A stretch of DNA of 32,236 nucleotides from Catajapyx aquilonaris (lineage: Eukaryota), in assembly GCA_000934665.2 (NCBI GenBank), contig KZ539146.1, positions 1 to 32,236 of the forward strand. Direction: 5' to 3'. The first letter of the stretch is position 1, and every line of letters begins with the position of its first letter. This document shows positions 22,486-32,236 of this stretch, piece by piece. The notes under the pieces are model-generated. The model was not told where the DNA came from. It saw only the letters and a program-made list of their open reading frames with translations, and searched no databases. A program made the position numbers and the translations under genes.

Positions 22486-24239
22486 AGAAGAGACTGAATT
22501 TGTGGCGGGTTAATTTAAGTTTTTTTTTTTCATATCAAGTCAAAACAAGAGTGATATTAAAATGTTTTTGTGCTCTCTTGACATATTATGTTACACTCGA
22601 AGTGTGTTATGTTTTCAAGACACTTGGAATATTATGGAAAAGCACAAATTATGCTAGTTGATATTTTTCTTCTTGGGGATACAGTTGTGCATATGCAGTT
22701 GTTGGTAATTCCAGCTGCATGATTTTGGTGCTGCTCACCAAGTGTTGGTAATGAGACTTCAACGTTCCATTTGGGTGTATGAAAATAAAGGAACTGTGTA
22801 TGTAAGCTCAGTATTGATACGGGTTATATTTTATGTGTTTATTGGAGTTGCGGGTAGTAATTTGTAGGGTTTTCGCTAGTGTCAATTTATTATTTGGATG
22901 TGACTCATTTAAACATGACTGCTGTTGTTTATTCTGCAATGTTAGGAATTATGACTGCTTCGATATGGTTTTTTGTGTGTGAAAGCTGGTTGATACAGAA
23001 ATTGCTTTCTTGTGATTTTTGAGAAAAATAATGCTGTCCTGGAAAGTAAGTAGAGCATGTTGATGCAGTATTATTGTCAATATATGTGTGATAGAGTACA
23101 GCCTGAGAAATATGCATGCTCATCCTGAAGAATAAAATGTGATTGTCATATGGTTCCAGTGAAACACAGGATATATCAGAAATATAGTACAGTACCTGCT
23201 GCTTCAATGAAGCCGAAGTTTTTTTTAATCGAGAAAGGATGCATATTATGTTCAAATGTGGTCATTCCACGTGAGCTTTGGTGCAATTGCCACCATCTTG
23301 GCTTTTCCTGCAAAATAATGTTGAGGAACAGAAAACCACACAATGGTGTATTTTGATCCAAACCTGATGAAAATGCCTGTATAATAATGATTGTGAGCAT
23401 GTCAAAAGGAAGGGCAGGCTGTGATATGTATATTAATTATGTTAATATATTCAACTAACTTATGTATTAAACAGTGAGGGTTCTTTTATTTGTAAATGCA
23501 GGATGATTCATGAATACTTACATTTATTTCGAACGTCACAAATGTACGAAGTGGCGTACAATACTTCAATACTTTTTTGTACTTGAGTTGCAACTAGACT
23601 GACTTTGGTGCAATTGGACGTAATAGTTGAAAGTACAGGATTTTTGTGCTTGTACACACAAATATGGATCACCTTGTACTAGACCTTATATTGATTCCGC
23701 ATTTTTTCTAGTCTGGAAATGTCATTATTGCAAAAATAATAAGTGGTGCAGTAACAAAAGTACAGACCAAGAAATAGCAGATAGGCAAGTGATGCCCCAC
23801 AGGTTTCAGATCCAGGAATTACTGCATACTGACAGCCACATAAAGGGAATGAGATGTCAAGGAGGGCGCTGCATAAATAATTCCTTTCTCAACTACTACA
23901 GTTAGAGCCATTGCATTCATTTGCTGCACCAAATTGCACCAAGACTAAATGGGATAAAAAAGACCCAAATTGCAGCAGTACATTGGAAGCACAGTTATAT
24001 TCTCCAGTGTTGGTGTGCCTGTTCATGGTGCATAGCAGAAGGTATGTAAGAGCAAACAGGTGGAATTAGAAACAAGTCGTTTGATAGTTTTTCCGGCACA
24101 ACGATACGGAGAGTTTCAGAATTTAAATCGCACTTACATTGATGGATATAATGACCTGCGAAATAAAAGCCTTGACTTTTAATTCATTGAAATTGTCAAT
24201 CAGTCCAAATTAACATAGAAAGCTTTAAATATTTCACTT

Positions 24240-24463
24240 GAATCGATATGAAAACCTTACACAATAATCGTCATTAATGTTAAAAGACCCTAAATCCGTT
24301 GCCACTAAAACACGTGCTTCATTAGTTGGTCAATCGTAGTTTGGTGAGATGTCTCGATTCGTAGTTGGCGGCAGGTGTGTGAAAGTGGCAGCACTGCAGA
24401 TCTAAAGGGACGAAATTTGGCAACACCGTACCGGTTTTTCGTGGACGTCAGTCCGTGTTGAAA
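24240..24463 (+). promoter_or_regulatory. Ku80 proximal promoter / 5' UTR
   Basis: CpG-rich stretch before the ATG; DRE-like AATCGATA at 24241, CACGTG at 24311. Confidence 0.45.
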
Positions 24464-24484
24464 ATGGCGCCGGCCGCGAAAGAG
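24464..24484 (+). CDS. XRCC5: Ku80 coding exon 1 (MAPAAKE)
   Basis: AAAATGG start context; donor GAG|GTAAGC; phase 0 joins exon 2 in frame. Confidence 0.85.
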
Positions 24485-24573
24485 GTAAGCATGTCTGTGC
24501 ACGCACGAAGCCATCCTCGAAGGATGGAAAGTGCATTCTGTAGTAACGCATTCCTCTGCCCCTCCACCTGCAG

Positions 24574-24675
24574 GCTCTGGTGATTGTGGTGGACGCGAAT
24601 GAGTCGTCCAGGACGGGAGATCCTTCCTTTCTGCAGAGGGCCAGCGAGTGTGTCGCCAGGATCCTGCAGAGGAAG
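24574..24675 (+). CDS. XRCC5: Ku80 coding exon 2 (vWA start)
   Basis: ALVIVVDAN...FLQRASECVARILQRK; AG at 24572-24573, GT at 24676. Confidence 0.88.
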
Positions 24676-24904
24676 GTAGTTATCCGACGGCCTATGGCCA
24701 ACGGGCATTCCAGATTCAGATCCTATCTTTACTTAACTGACGAAAAATTATCAACCCCAACTGCGACAGAAGTATAGAGATCAGGTACATTCCGGATTTG
24801 TGACCTGCCGTCGTGCAAATCGACCTTCAGACCATCATTCCACGTATCATGCCAGTGGGGGCCCCAATCATCGACATTACATCATTTTAAATGGAATTAA
24901 ACTA

Positions 24905-25328
24905 CCGAAGCAGTAGTGGTGTAGTGGATATGGTGTCCAACTGCTAATCGGGAGGTCCTGGGTTCGAGTCCCAGAGGCCGGCGGTCCTGACCTTGGTTTT
25001 CTGTGGTTTTCCAAGGTCACTCCAGGGAAATCCCGGGATCGTACCATTATATATGCCACAGCCGCTTCCTTCCTTTCCCTGGAGGAGGCGCGGTGTTCGG
25101 TGGGGGGCTTCCGGCCGCGCCTAGAGGGCTGTCTAAGCTTGGCCCCCTGAGGGACTGCACACGGCCCCCACCACAGGACAATGCACTGCACCTTTGTTCC
25201 TCCCTCCCTATCCCTTCCCTGTCCCTGCACCGGTGAGATTGTAAAAGTTAGAAAAATGGAGGGGATCTCCTCCCCCTGCATTGACCAACTGGTCTCAAGG
25301 GGGATCCCAAAATAAATAAATAAATAAA
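24905..25328 (+). mobile_element. tRNA-derived SINE with (TAAA)n tail
   Basis: A box TGGTGTAGTGG, B box GGTTCGAGTCC, non-tRNA body, (TAAA)n at ~25310-25328. Confidence 0.8.
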
Positions 25329-25401
25329 TGGAATTAAACTTATGTAATAATAATTCAGTGCCGGCTGCCATGTAATTTCAGAGTTTCACTGTGGTACTGT
25401 A

Positions 25402-26376
25402 CAGGTAGATTCCGCTTTACGACAGGGGTAGGTACCAACAGAAGGGTCATGAAATGAAAAGTCATAAAAAGAGGCCTCCCTGTCCTGTACATGACAGTAT
25501 ACCCTGCCACAATGCACCATGAAAAGCCAAAGAAGCGCCTAAGATGTGTTTGGACTTGCCATCGTTACATAATGTGCTAATGTCTTGGTTTAAAAATTTT
25601 TTTGTTTGAAATCCCTATACAGGTTGTTTTTAGGTTCTTTCTCATGTGTTTTATTAGTTCATATGTTGGGTTAGCTTGCATCTCCCTTCATCGCTGACTA
25701 CCCCTCATAGGGAATGTCGTGATGTTGTTGTTGTTGTTGTTGTTGAAATCCCTATTAATATAAAGCTGAAAATATATTTATCACACCTAATTAAGCCACT
25801 TCCTGGGTACGGAGACAGCCAAAATTTCTCACACCCATGTCCATTGCCCATGTCTTACCTTTCGGTGATCCTGGCAAAAGTCCAAATAGTGCATTTTTTA
25901 AAAGTCTGCGGTTTTCCGCAACCTTCGCAATTTCCTAGCAACCTTCGCTGTCAACAACTAAAAGTAAGGATCTCCCTTGCTTCACTCACATTCAAAAATA
26001 ATCAACATTGCATATTCAACAATGAAAACAATAGAACAACGGGCATGTTGGCAAGAATAATAATTGCAGTACACGTCGGGTATTGTAACAATGGTTAGAG
26101 TACTTCTGGGAGTGCCAAGATCAACAATACCGAACAATACAGTACTGTACAGTGCACATCGATAGAACCTGCCACAATGCACTAGGAAAAACAAAAGGAG
26201 AGCAATTATACCTTCGTGTGTTTGGTCTCACTGTCAGAAGTGTTGAAGTTGTGTGTTCATGTTTAGATTGTATCATCAAATATTTTAAAAAATTTAATAA
26301 TTTAATAATGTCATTTTCAAACCGGCGTTAATGTGGAACGGCGTAAAATGGAGCGGTGTAAAACGGGTACCTACTG
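25402..26376. mobile_element. Old Tigger/pogo-like non-autonomous element
   Basis: TA|CAGGTAGATTCCGCTTTAC versus the degenerate inverted end GTAAAACGGGTACCTACTG|TA. Confidence 0.45.
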
Positions 26377-26557
26377 TATTTGATAATTGGACGGTGTTAT
26401 GCAATAATGTGTCAATCCACATGAGAACAGTTTTGAGAAAAGGTGCTTTGAAGGTCATACCTGTGAAATTAATTTAGTGTTCTTTTCGGTCATTATGGCA
26501 GAAGCATGCAGATTTCACCAGCGTGATTTTAACTGAATTAAATAGGATTCTTTAGGT

Positions 26558-26774
26558 CAGTGGTTCTTAGCCTGGGGTGCCCGCACCTCCAGGGGGTCCG
26601 AGGTGGCTTCACTGGGGGTGCGAGCAAGGTGCACCTCTGGACTTAATCTAACCAAGAGCTAATAACTGGTCTAACTATGAACTTAATCAATCACCCCTGG
26701 TATAGGGGGTGCGACAAGGACCAATATATTGTCTACAAAGGGGTGTGGAGGCCAGAAAAGGTGAAGAACCTCTG
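26558..26774. mobile_element. hAT (Charlie-like) MITE
   Basis: Perfect 8-bp TSD CTTTAGGT (26550-26557, 26775-26782); CAGTGGTTCTT...AAGAACCTCTG termini. Confidence 0.88.
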
Positions 26775-26974
26775 CTTTAGGTATATGTTCCTGGGCTTGG
26801 CCCAATTTTGACATTTTTGTGGGTTGACAAATCATTGCATAACACTGTCCAATTATTCCTCCGCTTTCTTTCACTTCTGTGTACGTTGACTGACACCAAG
26901 TTCAACATATGTACCAGACACTACACACAGGTTTGCTGCTGTAAATAAATAAATATCACATCATATTTTGATAA

Positions 26975-27080
26975 TCTACGTATGTAAGGCAAAAAAATAA
27001 TTTTGTTTGCCTGTGGCAACAGAATTTTGTTGGTGATTACCATAGAAACAAGCCGTGCGCAGAACGGGTTCCACTACTAG
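26975..27080 (+). mobile_element. Mini non-autonomous Helitron
   Basis: A|TC 5' end, subterminal hairpin CCGTGCGCAGAACGG, CTAG|T 3' end, no TSD. Confidence 0.6.
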
Positions 27081-27556
27081 TTTCACATATTTTAAAGGTA
27101 ATTTTGAAAAGGTCATTAATGTGCAACTTCATAAAATGGAGTGTCGCAAAACAGGGTCAACCGCATTGTTGTCATTTTTGCATTATCTGGTGGATATGGG
27201 GCTGATGGATGTGTTGGAAAAAATCATATAATTGTGTTACCAAAATTCCGACCAGTTATTGAGAAAATGGTGCCACAAATCATGACATATAATGCTTGGA
27301 AAGGAGCGGGCAGGGAGTATAAGTCACTCGTCAGTTTATAGGCATCCAAGAATGCACTTCTGTGAATGTTTTGTTCCATTAATTCGCAGTTAACTGCAAC
27401 AGGTCCCAGCACACACTGTACTTGTTATTTGCATTACCTTTATCTTATTCCATCTTATGTCAACATCTCGGATGAGAATTTTGTGGAGGAACCCCTGACC
27501 CCAAGAAGAGAAATCTTAAGAAAGCAGAACCATTGAGATTTTATTTTTATTTTTAG

Positions 27557-27798
27557 ATAATCAGCCAGTCAAAAGATGATGTAGGCCTGGTGGTATGTGG
27601 AGGGAGTGTGACAGACAATCAACTCCAGGATGACACAGACGACGATTATGCCAACATTAATGTGGCAGTTCATCTCGCCACTACAAGTTGGGATGCTGTC
27701 AAGTTTGCTCGCGAAACTCTCCCCAAGACAGATGGGCCAGATGGTGATTGGCTTTCAGCGATTGTTGTTGCTCTTGATCATCTACGCAGCCATTCAAA
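27557..27798 (+). CDS. XRCC5: Ku80 coding exon 3
   Basis: IISQSKDDVGLVVCG..TDNQL...YANINV...GDWLSAIVVALDHL; AG at 27555-27556, GT at 27799, phase 0 to 2. Confidence 0.93.
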
Positions 27799-28108
27799 GT
27801 AAGTCTGCAAGCATTCTAATAACAAATAAATCAGCTTGTGCTGATTGCCCCTGTCAAATCAGAAAGTAGTGTGAAAAACTTTTTTTTTTAAATTCCATTG
27901 CTTGTGTGCACTTGATAATTAATTAGACCCATTGTCACTCATCTTACTCTTGCTGTTGGTTGGGCTTTGCATGATTTTATCTGGTGCATGCCCTGCATGT
28001 AATATTGTGGGTGAAATGCACGACTTTTAATTTCAGTTTTGGACTTTCTTACAGTTAGGCTTTGTGTTATGTCAGGAACCCTTATCTTGTATCATTATTA
28101 TATTTCAG

Positions 28109-28231
28109 AGTGAAGAAATATACACAACACAAGCTGGCCCTGATATCAGATCTGACTGGGGGCGTAAGTGAGGACAACCTTCAGGCAATAGTTGCTGGTA
28201 TGAAGTCCATGGATGTTGACCTCACATTCAT
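28109..28231 (+). CDS. XRCC5: Ku80 coding exon 4 (absent from ORF track)
   Basis: VKKYTQHKLALISDLTGGVSEDNLQAIVAGMKSMDVDLTFI; AG at 28107-28108, GT at 28232, phase 2 to 2. Confidence 0.9.
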
Positions 28232-28242
28232 GTAAGGCACTA

Positions 28243-28459
28243 CTGGATCATCGAAAAAGAATGTCCCATTTTTAAAACCCTGTAACTCGAAAATTTGTAG
28301 ATATATGGAGATTTGGGGGGGGGGNNNNNNNNNNNNNNNNNNNNNNNNNNNNNNNNNNNNNNNNNNNNNNNNNNNNNNNNNNNNNNNNNNNNNNNNNNNN
28401 NNNGCAAGTTTTCGAGTTATAGGGTTTTAAAAATGGGACACTCTTTTTCGATGACCTTG
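28243..28459. mobile_element. Foldback MITE spanning an assembly gap
   Basis: Inverted arms TCATCGAAAAAGA.TGTCCCATTTTTAAAACCCT.TAACTCGAAAA; TA flanks; N run in the centre. Confidence 0.8.
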
Positions 28460-28517
28460 TATTACTTTTACTGATGTTGTAATTCTGTTGCTAAATGGTA
28501 TTTATGCAATTATTCAG

Positions 28518-28779
28518 TGGAGGGCAGGGCCTAAAGGAAGAGAAATTCTCCCAGGAGAGTGGCATGATGTCAAGTGCAGCAGTAGCATCCCACATCTGTG
28601 AGCAGATGGATGGGACCCAGTGTACCATAGAGGAAGCCTTGAAGCAGCTTGTCTTGTTTCCACGTCGTGCAACGCGCTCAGTTCCCTGGAATATTGACTT
28701 AGAAATAGGTCCAGATGTCAAGATTCCAGTGTCATTCTACATACGGATCAGGGCTACCAAGCCAGCTTCATGGAACAAG
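28518..28779 (+). CDS. XRCC5: Ku80 coding exon 5
   Basis: EEALKQL...RSVPWNIDLEIGPDVKIPVSFY; AG at 28516-28517, GT at 28780, phase 2 to 0. Confidence 0.92.
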
Positions 28780-29600
28780 GTGACTTCTTTATTTCCAAAC
28801 TTGATAGCACTTACAGACTGACGCCCATGACAATAATGATCAAAGAACGGATTTCTAGGTTCTTAAAACCCTCAAATAGGCACTAAAAATCAAGCAGGTC
28901 CTAATTTATTTTCAGTCCCATGCTACCAGCCTACTCTTGGCCATGTAATTTTGCAACACAGTAACAAATTAGCAGTTGTTCCATATTTTAGTTTATTATT
29001 ATTATTATTTGTTGGCTATGCCTGTGTGACAGTACAACTCTATACACTGAAAATGACCTTGCGACGTGACGCATAGAAACTGGATTATTCATGAAAAGTT
29101 AAATGTCTTGTACAGCCAGTTCATCTGGCATGTCTGTAGGCGTCTTTGCTATTCACAGGTTGAAGTGGGAGGGATGACTGGAACAGAAAACACCTAAAAA
29201 TTGCCGCAAAAAAATTACGAAAAGGCATAAATAGGTGAAAATAGGTGCTATTGGGCCATTTAGGTCCCAATGTCCGACATAGGCAATATCTGTTTGCCAA
29301 TTTTTCTGTGGGCAGTTTTTGAGTTGCATCCATTTAAATTTGAGATTTTAAAAAAAACGCATTTTTGTGATTTTCCAGAGTCCTGAACATTTTTAGAATG
29401 TGTGCTGAAATCCATGCCACCCCGATAGCCAGATAGCCACAGTTGCTTTGGTTCCTTCCCACTCACCTCCTGTGCATGCACAGCCGTAGGTCTGGAAAGG
29501 AATGTCCATGTCTATCCTACCTGGTGCTTATTTCTTAGCAAGGAAGCCAGAATTTTTCTTTTGTTTCTATAGATAAGTGAAAGGGTGCCAGCATGCTGTA

Positions 29601-29714
29601 CAGTGCTGGACATATTAGCAGTCGCTGAATATTTTTTTCCTGCGGCGGCGGGGTTGCCAGGTAACGCCGCCGCCGGAAAAAAACATTCAGCGACGGCTAA
29701 TATGTCCAGCACTG
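29601..29714. mobile_element. 114-bp palindromic mini-MITE
   Basis: TA|CAGTGCTGGACATATTAGC...GCTAATATGTCCAGCACTG|TA; almost fully self-complementary. Confidence 0.85.
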
Positions 29715-29755
29715 TACTCTACAAGCCTGGATGTAACGAAAAATTTTATTTGCAG

Positions 29756-30274
29756 GTACTGAAGGACAGCCCCAAAGACATAAGTGAAACCAGAGAGAAA
29801 GGTAACTCAAAAAACATAGATGAATCCAATGAGAATGGCGACTCCAACGAGAAGGATGATTCCAGACAAAAGGCACCAACTGGTGGTGTTGTCAAAGAGA
29901 CCACATATCACAACACTGATGAGCGCCAAACAGAAGCCCCCACAGAAGAGCTCATAAGGGCCTATCGGTATGGATCGAGTTTGGTCCCCTTCTCTGAGGC
30001 AGATCTGAAAGCCATGGATTATGATGCTGGAGATAAGTCTGTCAAGGTGATTGGCTTCACAAAGGCTGAGAACATTGGAAGGCACATCTTCCAGGGTGAT
30101 GGGACGTCCCTTGTTTGTGGGAGGAAAGGTGACAGGGCTGCAGCAGTGGCCCTGTCTGCTCTTGCCAGAGCCATGCATGAGAGAGACATGGTAGCTGTTG
30201 CCAGAAAAGTCAGAACGGCCAAGTCAAAGGCAGTCCTAGTTGCACTCTACCCTTACATCTTTCCGGACAAACAG
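29756..30274 (+). CDS. XRCC5: Ku80 coding exon 6 (beta-barrel core); gene continues beyond window
   Basis: KETTY...LIRAYRYGSSLVPFS...VIGFTK...ALSALARAMHERDMVAVARKV...LYP; AG at 29754-29755, GTGAGT at 30275. Confidence 0.95.
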
Positions 30275-30415
30275 GTGAGTTGCATATGTTGCACTTTCAA
30301 AACCTATTTTGGGATACAATGGGAGATTAGGTTATGGAGAGGGGAAGATAGGTTTTATATTTTTTTTGACTGGATAATATGGGATTGTGACAGTCATCAA
30401 ACAATACAGCATATA

Positions 30416-31024
30416 CGGGTAAAATCTCGTTACAACGAAGCCCGCGGGACCGGGCAAATCTTTTCATGATAACGGAATTTCGTTAAATTGAGACTGGTTA
30501 TTTTTATTTCCCCCGCAAGTATGTCCGAATCTGTCAACTCCTGGCACACATGTACGTCATCATGCCGCTACAAAATCGTGGAAGGTAACTTCGTCTGGCA
30601 CTTCGGTGCCTTCAGCAACAGACCTCCACAGAGACAGGTCGTCAGGGTCATCCGAGTCTTCGGCGTCCTGGTCACTCCCCAAAACAGACACTGCACACCG
30701 CTTGATGCAACTTTTACCCCAACATTTCACGATTGTTGACTGTGTTACGCACGACCACACACTCACTTATCGCTAGACAGTGCTGGAGCACGTGTGGCGG
30801 AGCATTGCACTAGTCGACTAGTGCATATTTCGTTATATCTGGTTCAATACTATCCGGGGAACCACCTTTCGTAATCGTTGTGCTGAAAATTTCGGAGTAA
30901 CGCAATTCGTAATAACGGGATTACAAATACATTGCTCTTACGGCTGGCCAACCAGAATTTTATTTTTATTGTGTTCTATTGAAATTTCGTTATATTGGTA
31001 TTCGCTAAAACAAGATTTTACCTG
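30416..31024 (-). mobile_element. Tigger/pogo deletion derivative with transposase C-terminal relic
   Basis: TIR C(G/A)GGTAAAATCT(C/T)GTT, TA flanks, TTCGTTA repeats; minus-strand DSDDPDD..LW...VTFHDFVAA resembles a Tigger acidic tail. Confidence 0.75.
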
Positions 31025-31121
31025 TACCTACAGTATAATTTTTTATAGATTTGATCTTGTTATATAAAAACATTACCAATCTTGCACCCATAGCATGAAG
31101 ATATGTGCATAGCTTTACATA

Positions 31122-31559
31122 CTGGGTGACTCAAAAGTCCGGACACATACAGGATGGACAAGGTAACTCATGCGTTTTGGGAGGTGGCTTGTGTCCTTGG
31201 CAACCATAATTAGCCCCGCCCCCTGCTGAGTTTTTTGTATGGAATTTAAAACGATTGGTGGGGAAATATTTCCCCTTGGCTGGGTTACCAATTGCATTAG
31301 TGTAAACAAACTCATCTCATTCTTGACGTTTTAGAATAGAACGCCCATATCCTTTGAAATTGAATCCTGATTGGTCGACTGGTAGGGGGCGGGGTTAATT
31401 ATTTGGTTGCCAAGGACACAAGCCACCTCCCAAAACACATGAGTTATCTTGTCCCTATGTAGGTAATACGAGTAGTTTGTATTGTTGGTTGCCAGGTTAC
31501 CAATCGTCAGCCAACAATACATTATAATACCTACATGTCCAGACTTTGGAGTCACCCTG
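31122..31559. mobile_element. Outer MITE of a two-level nest
   Basis: TIR C(T/A)GGGTGACTC(A/C)AAAGTC(C/T)GGACA; the arm continues after removing the inner element. Confidence 0.75.
31150..31459. mobile_element. Inner foldback MITE
   Basis: Inverted arms GGACAAG.TAACTCATG.GTTTTGGGAGGTGGCTTGTGTCCTTGGCAACCA; TA flanks. Confidence 0.8.
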
Positions 31560-31717
31560 CATATTGTATTACCATTTTATCCCAGGAAGCATTGCACATG
31601 CAGTGTTGGCCATGCTTTCATCGTTGCCACTGACAGTTAGTGATGCTTGCGGGGATACAAGGTATTTTTTTCCGCCACAGTACAAGCCACTGGCACACCA
31701 TAAATGTTATCCGTCAA

Positions 31718-31957
31718 CAGGGATGGGCACTAAATACTTGAATGTAATTAAATACTAAATACTAACTACTGCATAAAAATGTAATTAAATGCTAAATACT
31801 AAATACTGCACAAGAAAGTAATTAGATACTAAATACTAAATACATCAAAAGTATTTAAATACTTTCCTAAATACATTTCAAATACATTTTTTGTTAATAT
31901 AAATTTCTTGCCATCATTATTTGGATAACAAATGAAAACATAACATATTTCTATTAT
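31718..31957. mobile_element. hAT-like element left part with AAATACT repeats
   Basis: CAGGGATGGGCA start and many TAAATAC repeats; other end not seen. Confidence 0.5.
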
Positions 31958-31959
31958 TA

Positions 31960-32236
31960 CGAGGCGCATCCAGAAAGTAAGGTCCATTTTTAAATAGTTA
32001 GAAAAACCACAATGCACCCCAGAATTTTTATTTACACATCTGAAATAGACAACTGTATACTTTTTACAAAACAGTTTCCAGCCAAATCGAGGCATTTTTC
32101 ATTGAGTTACACACGATTTTGTATGCCTATGTCATAGCTAAGTCTGCCGCAAGCTATTTCCGCGACCCCTGAACGCTGGATTGCAATTCTTCTTCATTGT
32201 CAACATTATGCTTTGCAAGCCATTTCTTCCTGTCGA
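31960..32236 (-). mobile_element. Mariner element 3' end (continues outside window)
   Basis: TA|CGAGG terminus; minus strand YDIGIQ...EKCLDLAGN resembles the mariner transposase C-terminus. Confidence 0.65.

Noticed and set aside
24905..24980. tRNA gene
   Set aside because: A and B boxes are present, but it continues into a SINE body and tail with no convincing cloverleaf. The same applies at 7236 and ~1040-1110.
29585..29755. N-terminal part of the 294-aa ORF
   Set aside because: Intronic MITE sequence; the exon starts at the acceptor 29755/29756.

Overview
Eukaryotic genomic DNA with GT-AG introns, probably from an insect or other arthropod (inferred from the lipin sequence and repeat types). 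It carries three tandem + strand genes: the last coding exon of a TBC1D32/broad-minded-like gene (1450-2398), a complete lipin (Lpin) coding region (10692-22485), and the first six coding exons of Ku80/XRCC5 (24464-30274, continuing past the window). Lpin has two candidate alternative terminal exons, one with an in-frame UGA followed by 15 more acidic codons. Introns and intergenic DNA are dense with non-autonomous transposons (Tc1/mariner- and Tigger-type, hAT, Sola-like, Kolobok-like, a mini-Helitron), tRNA-derived SINEs and LINE relics. The most notable structures are a four-level nested transposon stack in the last Lpin intron and two adjacent ~560-570 bp foldbacks in the first coding intron. 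Gene identities come from motif recognition, not database searches. I found no clear evidence of a wholly new system; the leads are scored accordingly.
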